This document shows, piece by piece, positions 35,801-47,800 of a stretch of DNA of 64,000 bases; position 1 is the stretch's first letter; every line of letters starts with the position of its first letter. A model generated the notes under the pieces. It was not told the DNA's origin. It searched no databases and was given only the letters and a program-made list of their open reading frames with translations. The translations under genes and the position numbers were made by a program. The DNA comes from Macrostomum lignano (Eukaryota): positions 1 through 64,000 of the forward strand of contig NIVC01002217.1 of the NCBI GenBank assembly GCA_002269645.1, read 5' to 3'.

Positions 35801-38800
35801 TCGCTCAAATATCACTCCCATCACTCAAATTTCACTCCTATTGCTCAAATATCACTCCCATCACTCAAATCTCACTCCTATCGCTCAAACCTCACTCCCA
35901 TACTCAAATCTCACTCCTATCGCTCAAACCTCACTCCTATCGCTCAAATATCACTCCCATCACTCAAATTTCACTCCTATCGCTCAAATATCACTCCCAT
36001 CACTCAAATCTCACTCCTATCGCTCAAACCTCACTCCCATACTCAAATCTCACTCCTATCGCTCAAACCTCACTCCTATCGCTTAAATATCACTTCCTTC
36101 ACTCAAATCTCACTCCCATTACTCAAATCTCACTCCAATTGCTCAATTCTCACTCCTATCGTTCAAATATCACTTCCTTCACTCAAATTTCACTCCCATT
36201 ACTCAAATCTCACTCCAATTGCTCAAATCTCACTCCCATTACTCAAATCTCACTCCAATTGCTCAAATCTCACTCCTCTCACTGTTTTCTTATATCTCAT
36301 ATATTCCTAGATCTGTTCCCCTATATATTTGCCCTGCATCTGGCCTATCCCTCGCTATCCCTGTTCCAGACAAAAGTGCGTTGAATACTTGTAACTTTGC
36401 ACTTCTACAGCTCCTTCAAATGCTAGACTGCATGCAAAGCCGGTATTGAAGGTTGAGAGATTTGGGCGCCCGTAGCAGCGGCCCCCCGTCAAGCGTCATT
36501 CGCTGACAGCCGACAGGCGGCCGCTGATTGAACCGTAGCCCTTTGTCTTCCCCCAGCTGTTGCCGCGTAGGCGGAATGGACGGCGGTTTCTATTGAAGTG
36601 CCATTGAAGTTTTGACAATTCGACATGCGCCTTCGCCCATCAGCTATGGGTCTATCAAGCTCTTTCCCTTGAAAGTTGAATACCCTAATCATTTCGGCGT
36701 CGGTAATGAAAACAAGGTTGACACTTTCTTAGAAAAGAAAGGAAGCAGACTAATGAGAAGGGAATTAACTTTTGATAATAAAGTTCTAGTACTGTAGATT
36801 TGTGATTCGTGTACTGGTTAATTTTTGGTTCCTGTACTGATTAATGTATGGTTCCTGTACTGGTTGATTAAAGATTCCTGTACTGGTTGATTTATGCTTC
36901 CTATACTGGTTGCTTTATGGTTCCTGTACTGGTTGATTTATGCTTCCTATACTGGTTGATTTATGGTTCTTGTACTGGTTGATTTATGATTCCTGTACTG
37001 GTTGATTAATGATTCCTGTACTGGTTGATTTATGATTCCTGTACTGGTTGATTTATGCTTCCTATACTGGTTGCTTTATGGTTCATGTATACTGGTTGAT
37101 TTACAGTTCCTGTACTGTAGTTTCCATCACATTTATGCTTTTGACTTAGGGTTATTGTAAGGCTACTTAACCCCTTCCCTACTCCATATGTAGATAGGCT
37201 CGGTACATATCTCATTGAACGCGCCTACTCACCCGACACTTTGAGCAGCCTCTAGCGTAGGTTCCGTGCCTGAGGTATCTGGCCTGCTGATCCGTCACCA
37301 CGGGGGAGCCCAGCTCCGAGTTAATTATTGCCTTCCGCATCGTCTTATTGGGCCACTGGGCGATCCAGCTGCACACGGACAGCATCGGCTGGCCGTGCTC
37401 CAGTTTGCCTGGCAACGGGGGCGTCAGTAACAGTCCGAGTTTCATTCTGGGAAATACGCCCCATCTCTCTAAGGTGGTCAGCTGTGAACACTCTCATCTC
37501 ATTGCCTCACTCTCATCTCATTGCCTCACTCTCATCTCAGTGCCTCACTCTCATCTCATTGCCTCACTTTCATCTCATTGCCTCACTCTCATATCATTCC
37601 TCTCACTTTCATCTCATTGTCTCTCACTCTCATCTCATTGCCTCGCTCTCATCTCATTGCCTCGCTTTCATCTCATTGCCTCGCTCTCATCTCATTCCTC
37701 TCACTCTCATCTCATTGCCTCACTCTCATCTCATTGTCTCTCACTCTCATCTCATTGCCTCACTCTCATCTCATTGCCTCACTCTCATCTCATTGTCTCT
37801 CACTCTCATCTCATTGCCTAACCCATCCGCCCCACCCGCTCACCGGTCACCAGGTACAGTTTTTTCAAATGCACTTCGCGCGAGATTATGCTGTTGGCTT
37901 CGCCGTGGTACCTGACCACGATGCCGTGGCCGCAGTTGTCTCTCTCTCCGTAAATCCACAGGTGCATCCGACGGTTGGGGATGAGGTTTGGAATCTGCGT
38001 TCGGAATCCGTTGATTTTGCGGGCGGGATTGATGAGTTGACAGTTGATCTGTTACTCCCCAACAGAGCACTTATTATCCAGCAAAGCACTCACCTTGGCC
38101 GAGTTGCGAAATACCGCTTTCACGCTGACCCAGTAGCGCTTGAGGTGCATGGTTGAGCTCAAATATTCACCGGTCATTCGTAGGAACCGAACTTTCAAAG
38201 CTGTCAATGCAGTTATGGGGGTAATGCGGCAGTTATTGCAAGGTTATACAATAAGATTATCGATGCATGCCCATGCGCACGTCAGAAAATGTACATGTGG
38301 ACAAGTACAGCTGGGCAAGTCGCTGTCCGATTCTCACCGAAGTCGCTGGCGCAGAAGGCCACCTGCGGGTGCAGCGGGTGATGCGGCCGGCAGGGGCAGG
38401 GCTTGGTGCCGAACCCATTGGGTATGACGGCTGCCACTGGCGGCGGCCCGCCGGCGGCCAGGGCCCAGCCGCCCACTAGCAGGAGGCTGGCGAGGCTGAA
38501 CAACCGGGCGGCGGCTGTCGGCGACGAGTTTGCCGGCGTCTGCGTCGGCGGCAGCGGCGGCGAGCGCAGGCGGGAGGGCTCAAGTGTCGGGCTGCTGCTG
38601 CTTGAACGGGCCATGCCGCAGGGCAAGCAGCATCGCCGATTCAGGACTGGCTGGCGGCTGGGGGATTCGAGCTGGGACCTTGGGCGCGCTGACGCAGAGA
38701 AGGGAGCGCAGGCTTGGAGCGGCAGAATTGCGCCAAAAGTTCAACAATAAACGGCAAAAGCAGAAGAGGGGACCAGAGAGCGGTGCTTGGGCGAGTCGTC

Positions 38801-41800
38801 AAAGTCTGCTTTTTCAATAGCCAAGTGCCGATCATAGCTGGGGGGAGTTGAGGTGGCGTCTCCCCCCTCTTAATCCTTTATCCTATCCGGGCGGGCCGCT
38901 CCGTCCCCTCCCTGCCACTTGCTATCCCCGGGAGCCGGGAAGACGGGAAGAAAGAGATTAGGAAGGAAGGAGAGAGACATGGGCTTAGAGACGCTAGAAG
39001 ACCGGGAGACTCAGTAAGGCCGGCGATTGGGCCCTGCTGTTCCGGTCGGGGATGGAGGGGGCTCTGCGTGCGGGTACACTGGAGTGCGCGAGAGCTCGAC
39101 AACGGGGACAGGCGGGGACTCGAGGGTTCAGGCAGGATTGCAATCGCCGCTCATTAATCTGGCTATGAAGCTCTCTGCCGCTAAATTGCTTTCCTAGCCG
39201 TGTTCTGTCTCTCTCTACTAGTATCTACTCGAGCAGAACCCTCCAGATGAAGCTGAGCCATAAGGTCTATGTGCCGCAGGGCGTACTTGATGAGCCCCTC
39301 CCCCGGTAAGGGTGAAACCTGTCTTAATCCCAACGTTGGTTCAAGTCGTCGCGATTCTGCCGAAATTTCCTTATAGTGTTTAAAGATTATGCCCCCCCCC
39401 CCTGTCAAACAAAAACCAAGTTGTGAGCCCGAAGTCAGGACTCTGGGGAATCGCTATTGGGACAGTGATGGCCAGGGGTAGAGCATCTGATCTTCTTCAA
39501 TTGTCGGGAGATTTAATTTTATTGGCCAATAAATACTGACTTGGCAGCAACCTCCCCTATGTCAGGGATGCTAAACTGTGTCAGGAATGCTAAACTGTGC
39601 CAGGGATGCTAAACTGGGCCAGGGTTGCTAAACTGTGTCAGGGATGCTAAACTGTGTCAGGGATGCTAAACTGTGTCAGGGATGATAAACTGTGCCAGGG
39701 ATGCTAAACTGTGTCAGGGATGCTAAACTGTGTCAGGAATGCTAAACTGTGCCAGGGATGCTAAACTGTGCCAGGGTTGCTAAACTGTGCCAGGGTTGCT
39801 AAACTGTGTCAGGGATGCTAAACTGTGCCAGGGTTGCTAAACTGTGCCAGGGTTGCTAAACTGTGTCAGGGATGCTAAACTGTGTCAGGGATGCTAAACT
39901 GTGTCAGGGATGATAAACTGTGCCAGGGATGCTAAACTGTGTCAGGGATGCTAAACTGTGTCAGGAATGCTAAACTGTGCCAGGGATGCTAAACTGTGCC
40001 AGGGTTGCTAAACTGTGTCAGGGATGCTAAACTGTGTCAGGGATGCTAAACTGTGTCAGGAATGCTAAACTGTGTCAGGGATGCTAAACTGTGCCAGGGT
40101 TGCTAAACTGTGTCAGGGATGCTAAACTGTGTCAGGGTTGCTGTCAGGGATGCTAAACTGTGTCAGGGTTGCTGTCAGGGATGCTAAACTGTGTCAGGGT
40201 TGCTGTCAGGGATGCTAAACTGTGTCAGGGTTGCTGTCAGGGATGCTAAACTGTGTCAGGGTTGCTGTCAGGGATGCTAAACTGTGTCAGGGTTGCTGTC
40301 AGGGATGCTAAACTGTGTCAGGGTTGCTGTCAGGGATGCTAAACTGTGTCAGGGATGCTAAACTGTGTCAGGGTTGCTGTCAGGGATGCTAAACTGTGTC
40401 AGGGATGCTAAACCGTCCCTATCCTCGATCTACTCTCAGCCCAGCCCATATGCCCAGCAGAAGCCGCGGTGCATGAAAAACAAATGCCGACTTTTCTGGG
40501 CCCCGACGTCGGCTGGCGGACTGCTCAGATATGAATAATAAATGCGGGCTGAGCTCAGGGCCGCTCGCGTCAGCTTTAATGCGTGAATAATACAACATTA
40601 TGCTCGCATGCGCGAATACGCAATGCCAAGAAGACCTAAAAGCGGAACCTGGAGTGGCAGCTCTTCCTGAAAAATAGGATTAGGCTAGGGCTCAGCTCAG
40701 TGGTGAACGCAGCTGAATCTCGAGCCGCGACCTCTGATTCGGTAGACTGTACATGCCTATCGATTAGAAAGTCATGAGTCGAGCATGTGCTCAGCAGTCA
40801 AGCGGAATGGGCAGAATCGCCTCAGTCGAGCATGTGCTCAGGAGTCAAGCAGAATGGGCAGATGCCGCAGAATCGCCTCAGTCGAGCATGTGCTCAGGAG
40901 TCAAGCAGAATGGGCAGATGCCGCAGAATCGCCTCAGTCGAGCATGTGCTCAGGAGTCAAGCAGAATGGGCAGATGCCGCAGAATCGCCTCAGTCGAGCA
41001 TGTGCTCAGGAGTCAAGCAGAATGGGCAGATGCCGCAGAATCGCCTCAGTCGAGCATGTGCTCAGGAGTCAAGCAGAATGGGCAGATGCCGCAGAATCGC
41101 CTCAGTCGAGCATGTGCTCAGGAGTCAAGCAGAATGGGCAGATGCCGCAGAATCGCCTCAGTCGAGCATGTGCTCAGGAGTCAAGCGGAATGTGCAGAAT
41201 CGCCTCAGTCGAGCATGTGCTCAGGAGTCAAGCGGAATGGGCAGAATCGCCTCAGTCGAGCATGTGCTCAGGAGTCAAGCGGAATGTGCAGAATCGCCTC
41301 AGTCGAGCATGTGCTCAGGAGTCAAGCGGAATGGGCAGAATCGCCTCAGTCGAGCATGTGCTCAGGAGTCAAGCGGAATGTGCAGAATCGCCTCAGTCGA
41401 GCATGTGCTCAGGAGTCAAGCGGAATGGGCAGAATCGCCTCAGTCGAGCATGTGCTCAGGAGTCAAGCGGAATGTGCAGAATCGCCTCAGTCGAGCATGT
41501 GCTCAGGAGTCAAGCGGAATGTGCAGAATTGCCTCAGTGCTGCTTGTGGGATGATGTTGATGAAAGCGTTGCTTGCGGCTATAAATTTTGTACAGCTCGT
41601 GGACTTTTTCTCAGAATTCCAAAGATCTTCAACTGAGAAGTGGAGAATTTATTGTAATTAAAAAAACAGCTCAATCTTACAAAATTTGCGCTTCGCGGAA
41701 CAGCCGGCCATGCCAAGTGGTCGCCTTGGCGCTACTGCTGTCTGAAAACACACTGAGCGAGACAACCCCTTGACAGATGGCGCAGAAAACACAGTCTGGT

Positions 41801-44800
41801 CTGGGCGGTGCCTTTCAATGATCCCGACTTCTGTTTCTCAATAAGTCGGTGCGTGGCGGGGAGGGGATTATGAATAATTGCTGAGTATTGAGATTGTGAG
41901 AATGGAATTATTGCCTAGTTGGGGGGGGGCATTTCGCTGACTGCGGTGTTGGCGTCTGGCGGCGCGATCTGAGCTGAGCACAGACCAAGAAGTAAGACAT
42001 GGGGAGTAAAAATCTTGTGCCTCCTTCCCAGCCAACCCCTCATCCGCGGTCGATAGTGGGTGAAGAATTCCCTTCCTAAGCCACTCCCACTCGTCTGCTT
42101 TTCGGTTCCTACTAGGCAGATTGACAAAAAAAATAAAAATGTGGTAATTAATTGTAGCTTTTTAGACTGTCTTTAGGTATCTTTTATTCTAGAGATTAAT
42201 TCTAATCACTTATTTTAAAGCTTGCCGGTATAAAAACTTGCGGAAATAAAAGACTGAGTTAAACTTACAAGGTAACCACTGAAGTAGGCTAAACTACAGG
42301 TTAGAAAATATCGCCGTTCGTAGAAGCTTTTGCCTCTTCCATGATTTTATTCTTTAAGCATGCTTCGCATTTTAATGCATTCACACAATATTGAATGGAA
42401 TCAAGACTTAAACCCAAACTGTTCTGCTTCTGGGCGCTTATCTACTTCTGGGCGCTTATCTGCTTCTGGGCGCTTATCTGCTTCTGGGCGCTTATCTGCT
42501 TCTGGGCGCTTATCTGCTTCTGGGCGCTTATCTGCTTCTGGGCGCTTATCTGCTTCTGGGCGCTTATCTACTTCTGGGCGCTTATCTGCTTCTGGGCGCT
42601 TATCTGCTTCTGGGCGCTTATCTACTTCTGGGCGCTTATCTACTTCTGGGCGCTTATCTGCTTCTGGGCGCTTATCTACTTCTGGGCGCTTATCTGCTTC
42701 TGGGCGCTTATCTGCTTCTGGGCGCTTATCTGCTTCTGGGCGCTTATCTGCTTCTGGGCGCTTATCTGCTTCTGGGCGCGTATCTGCTTCTGGGCGCTTA
42801 TCTGCTTCCATTGAGGCTTTCCTGCCTCTGTTGATGGTGACGCAGACAGACAAAATACTCGTAGTTCGTACTGACAACTGAATAATGGTAATCCTGTTGC
42901 TTAACATTGGGACTAGTCGACTGGAGAAATTCCACCTCCAGTGTACACTGATAACAGTCTTGAGGCTGAGTGAAACAGCCCCAGAGTTGGATTGTGATTC
43001 CAGCCGTTTCGAAGTCTGACTGCATTAAAAATAACCAAAGAAAATCCTGAGACAACTTGAAAGTGCAAAGAAAGAACAATCACAACTTGAAAACAATAAG
43101 CTCGTACTTGGCGAGTGCCACTGTTGGGAGAAACCAGAAAGACCAGTAAAATGCTCTGTACCCGCTACCCTGTTCCCCTTCACCTTCACCCACTATCGAT
43201 GTTTTTGGCAGGACGGAGGGACCATTTTTTCCGCAGCTTTTTGTCAAAAAACACGCCAAGGCAGGGAATGGGGCTTGCGAAGTCGAGATACTTCTTGGTC
43301 TGTGAAACTGAGTAATAAAAAATTGCTTCCAAATTCTTTCCGATCGACGCAAATCTGAGGACTCGAATTGTGCACTATTTATGGTTTTTATGATATTAAT
43401 CTACTTGTATGCATAGCATTTGTGCTTAAGCATATTATGTCAGGGTTGCTAAACTGTGTCAGGAATGCTAAACTGTGTCAGGGATGCTAAACTGTGTCAG
43501 GAATGCTAAACTGTGTCAGGGATGCTAAACTGTGTCAGGGATGCTAAACTGTGTCAGGGATGCTAAACTGTGTCAGGGATGCTAAACTGTGTCAGGAATG
43601 CTAAACTGTGTCAGGGATGCTAAACTGTGTCAGGGATGCTAAACTGTGTCAGGGATGCTAAACTGTGTCAGGGATGCTAAACTGTGTCAGGAATGCTAAA
43701 CTGTGTCAGGGTTGCTTAACTGTGTCAGGGATGCTAAACTGTGTCAGGGATGCTAAACTGTGTCAGGGATGCTAAACTGTGTCAGGGATGCTAAACTGTG
43801 TCAGGGATGCTAAACTGTGTCAGGGATGCTAAACTGTGTCAGGGATGCTAAACTGTGTCAGGGATGCTAAACTGTGTCAGGGATGCTAAACTGTGTCAGG
43901 GATGCTAAACTGTGTCAGGGATGCTAAACTGTGTCAGGGTTGCTAAACTGTGTCAGGGATGCTAAACTGTGTCAGGGATGCTAAACTGTGTCAGGGATGC
44001 TAAACTGTGTCAGGGATGCTAAACTGTGTCAGGGATGCTAAACTGTGTCAGGGATGCTAAACTGTGTCAGGGATGCTAAACTGTGTCAGGGATGCTAAAC
44101 TGTGTCAGGGATGCTAAACTGTGTCAGGGATGCTAAACTGTGTCAGGGATGCTAAACTGTGTCAGGGATGCTAAACTGTGTCAGGGATGCTAAACTGTGT
44201 CAGGGTTGCTAAACTGTGTCAGGGATGCTAAACTGTGTCAGGGATGCTAAACTGTGTCAGGGATGCTAAACTGTGTCAGGGATGCTAAACTGTGTCAGGG
44301 ATGCTAAACTGTGTCAGGGTTGCTAAACTGTGTCAGGGATGCTAAACTGTGTCAGGGATGCTAAACTGTGTCAGGGATGCTAAACTGTGTCAGGGATGCT
44401 AAACTGTGTCAGGGATGCTAAACTGTGTCAGGGATGCTAAACTGTGTCAGGGATGCTAAACTGTGTCAGGGATGCTAAACTGTGTCAGGGATGCTAAACT
44501 GTGTCAGGGATGCTAAACTGTGTCAGGGTTGCTAAACTGTGTCAGGGATGCTAAACTGTGTCAGGGATGCTAAACTGTGTCAGGAGAGATAAGAACTGTG
44601 TTAAGAGAGATAAACTATCTCAGAGGTTGCTAAACTGTATCAGACACATGCACTAGACTGTGTCAGGGACTGCTAAGTATCAGGCTCCAGGCATTGTCAG
44701 GGGTCTCAGTACTGTGTCAGCTACGGTAAGAAATAAGTTAGATAGTCTCTAAGATGCCGAAAATCAAAGATTTAACTCAGGCGGGCTTGAAATGCTAAAA

Positions 44801-47800
44801 ATAGAAGCAGCAAGTTGCAGAGCAGCGCGCGAACCCCTTTCTATTGATATTGCGTCGTCGATTGGGTCTGTCAATAGAAATGGTATCCCAGTCTCAAAAT
44901 AATCATTTCCAGCTCTTCTATTTCGCCATCCCACGACTGACCGGTTATTTTTCCTCACGCTGAAAAAAATTTTGCTCATAAGTGGAATGGCGATTTCTAT
45001 TTTGGTTGCGCTTAACGACTAATGCCTTCCTTCTCTCTGTGTCTCTGGACTCTGTCCCCTGTCCAAGCCCTCCTTCCTGCCTGAAGTTTCATTACGAGTA
45101 TAAACGGAGGCCGTTTGCACTAACCCTGCCAGCCCGCCCCCTCCCACTCCCCCTCAAAATGGATGAAATTTGCCAAAAATATCTCGCTGAAGCTAGGGCG
45201 GATCCGCGGCTTCCCCATAGAATAGCCAACTAGGGCAGGGGGTAGCGTGTTTACACAGCCAGTGCTGGGCTGCGATTTTCAATGGGACAGTGGGCTGAGC
45301 CATGGAGGCCCAGCAACCAACTCTTCCCCGAACAGCCCAACAGCTTTTTAGCTTGCACACAAAACACAAACTACGACTCAGTTGAAGCTTTTCTTTGTAG
45401 AATTAAGTCTGATTTTAAAGCTGAATGAATTCTCCGTGATGGAGTAGAAATCATTGCACAATGAGCAGTAGTCTATGAGCTAGATTCCAGTGTCTGAATC
45501 GCGTTACGACCCCAGGTCATGCGATTCACAGCCGTGAGAGCCAACCCCAGTAGTCTATGAGCTAGATTCCAGTGTCTGAATCGGGTTACGACCCCAGGTC
45601 ATGCGATTCACAGCCGTGAGGGCCAACCCCAGTAGTCTATGAGCTAGATTCCAGTGTCTGAATCGCGTTACGACCCCAGGTCATGCGATTCACAGCCGTG
45701 AGAGCCAACCCCAGTAGTCTATGAGCTAGATTCCAGTGTCTGAATCGGGTTACGACCCCAGGTCATGCGATTCACAGCCGTGAGGGCCAACCCCAGTAGT
45801 CTATGAGCTAGATTCCAGTGTCTGAATCGCGTTACGACCCCAGGTCATGCGATTCACAGCCGTGAGGGCCAACCCCAGTAGTCTATGAGCTAGATTCCAG
45901 TGTCTGAATCGCGTTACGACCCCAGGTCATGCGATTCACAGCCGTGAGGGCCAACCCCAGTAGTCTATGAGCTAGATTCCAGTGTCTGAATCGGGTTACG
46001 ACCCCAGGTCATGCGATTCACAGCCGTGAGAGCCAACCCCAGTAGTCTATGAGCTAGATTCTAGTGTCTGAATCGCGTTACGACCCCAGGTCATGCGATT
46101 CACAGCCGTGAGAGCCAACCCCAGTAGTCTATGAGCTAGATTCTAGTGTCTGAATCGCGTTACGACCCCAGGTCATGCGATTCACAGCCGTGAGGGCCAA
46201 CCCCAGTAGTCTATGAGCTAGATTCCAGTGTCTGAATCGCGTTACGACCCCAGGTCATGCGATTCACAGCCGTGAGAGCCAACCCCAGTAGTCTATGAGC
46301 TAGATTCTAGTGTCTGAATCGCGTTACGACCCCAGGTCATGCGATTCACAGCCGTGAGAGCCAACCCCAAGGCACAGACAGTGTACATGCCTGACGATTA
46401 GATAGTCAGGGCTGCTGTACACCCTGTGTGAGCGTGTTCATGAGTCGAGCATGTGCTCAGGAAAGAGCGGTAAATGCGGAATTGCCACTGCACTGGTTGT
46501 CGCGGTCACAATTTTCTATATTTTCCTCTTGGTTTTTCACTTAACTTCTGAGAATTTATTCAGCTTCAAAATGAGACCAAGTTCGTTAAAAAATAGTTTA
46601 AACAAAACCGAAGTTATGATAACTTTAGTAAACACAGAAAGAACACAGAGACTGGGCCTGCCTTTTGTTTCTAAACAGAAAAGCCGCAGTCAATCTGCGG
46701 TGGTCTGAAAATCATGTGATGAGTGGCAAATCCAGGTTCTGGTTCTGGGACTCCATGGCTGAGCGCTGGGCCGGCACTTCAGTTAGTTACTAATAAATCT
46801 CCCGCGCCCAGTGCCTGCCAACGGCCTTGGTTACACTCACCCAGTCTCTCCTGTATCTCCCTCCCCCCTCAATCTTTCTTCCCCAAGTCTCGAAAACTTC
46901 AACTGAGCCCTCGTCCCTTCTCCTACCCCAACTCCGAACTGCCGCCCCCGCAGCAGGCGGCGGCGCCGTCTGCGGCATCGGCGGTAGCGGGCGCGGACGG
47001 CACCGGCGGCGGATTTCCAATCGCGCTGAAGATTGGCCACGCTCACAATGGAATTGGCAAGGTGAGTGGGCTTTTAATTGGGATTCCGCATTTTTATGAT
47101 TTGTTCTAATTAATTGATCCGGCGGGGAGCAATTTCCCAACTGTTTGGCAATTAAAACGGTGCTTATTAATTTTGAATTAGCAGATACTCAACAAAATTG
47201 ATTGAGCAATAAAAATTTAGCAGCAATATAAAAAAATTGATTTGCCTTTCTGGCAATTTTAAAGCAAAGAGTACCTAGCTAACTTACAGAGCCAATGTAG
47301 CTATTAAAACTGAAGCCAAAATCCCTAATTTTTGGGCTTCTATGAGTTACTTTTTAATTGGCATTGTATTTTCAATTAGATCTTGTCCTGCTCCAGCAGT
47401 GGAAGCAAAAGCTATGAGCGTTTCCTCAAAATCCTCGGTGTCGTCTTTGACCTTCCACGAGAATGCCAAAGCCATCAGCGTCAAAGTCCGCTCCAACACA
47501 GCTCATCAGCGACTTCAGCTAATCGCTTCTTCAGCGCTTTCAAAATTCCGCTTTGCGCGTTGTCACCGGGTGCCACAGCTGCTCTGCCGTCGGGCACCCC
47601 TGAATGCAGAATGCACCGTGCTTTCGGAAAGAGCTCACTCTGAGCTATTCGCCTCCCAATACTGGATCTCCTGCACCCTCCCCAGCTGCACATCGCGTGC
47701 TTCTTCTCAACTGGCGGCGCCAAAGAACTAACTACCCTGGCTGGCTGCACCTACGCGGCCAAACTCGAATCTTCGACCTCTCCGCTCTGACGCCGTTGCT

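Noticed and set aside
37855-37870. Apparent frameshift at the T-run in TIMP exon 3
   Set aside because: The ORF-track translations across the site imply six T, which keeps the exon (205 nt) in frame.
40685-40745. GCTCAGCTCAGTGGTGAACGC resembling a tRNA 5' half
   Set aside because: No B box (GTTCRA) and no cloverleaf.
40786-46369. Regularly spaced repeats with palindromes (65/56-bp and 82-bp arrays) as CRISPR arrays
   Set aside because: There are no unique spacers, the units are contiguous, no cas genes are present, and the context is eukaryotic.
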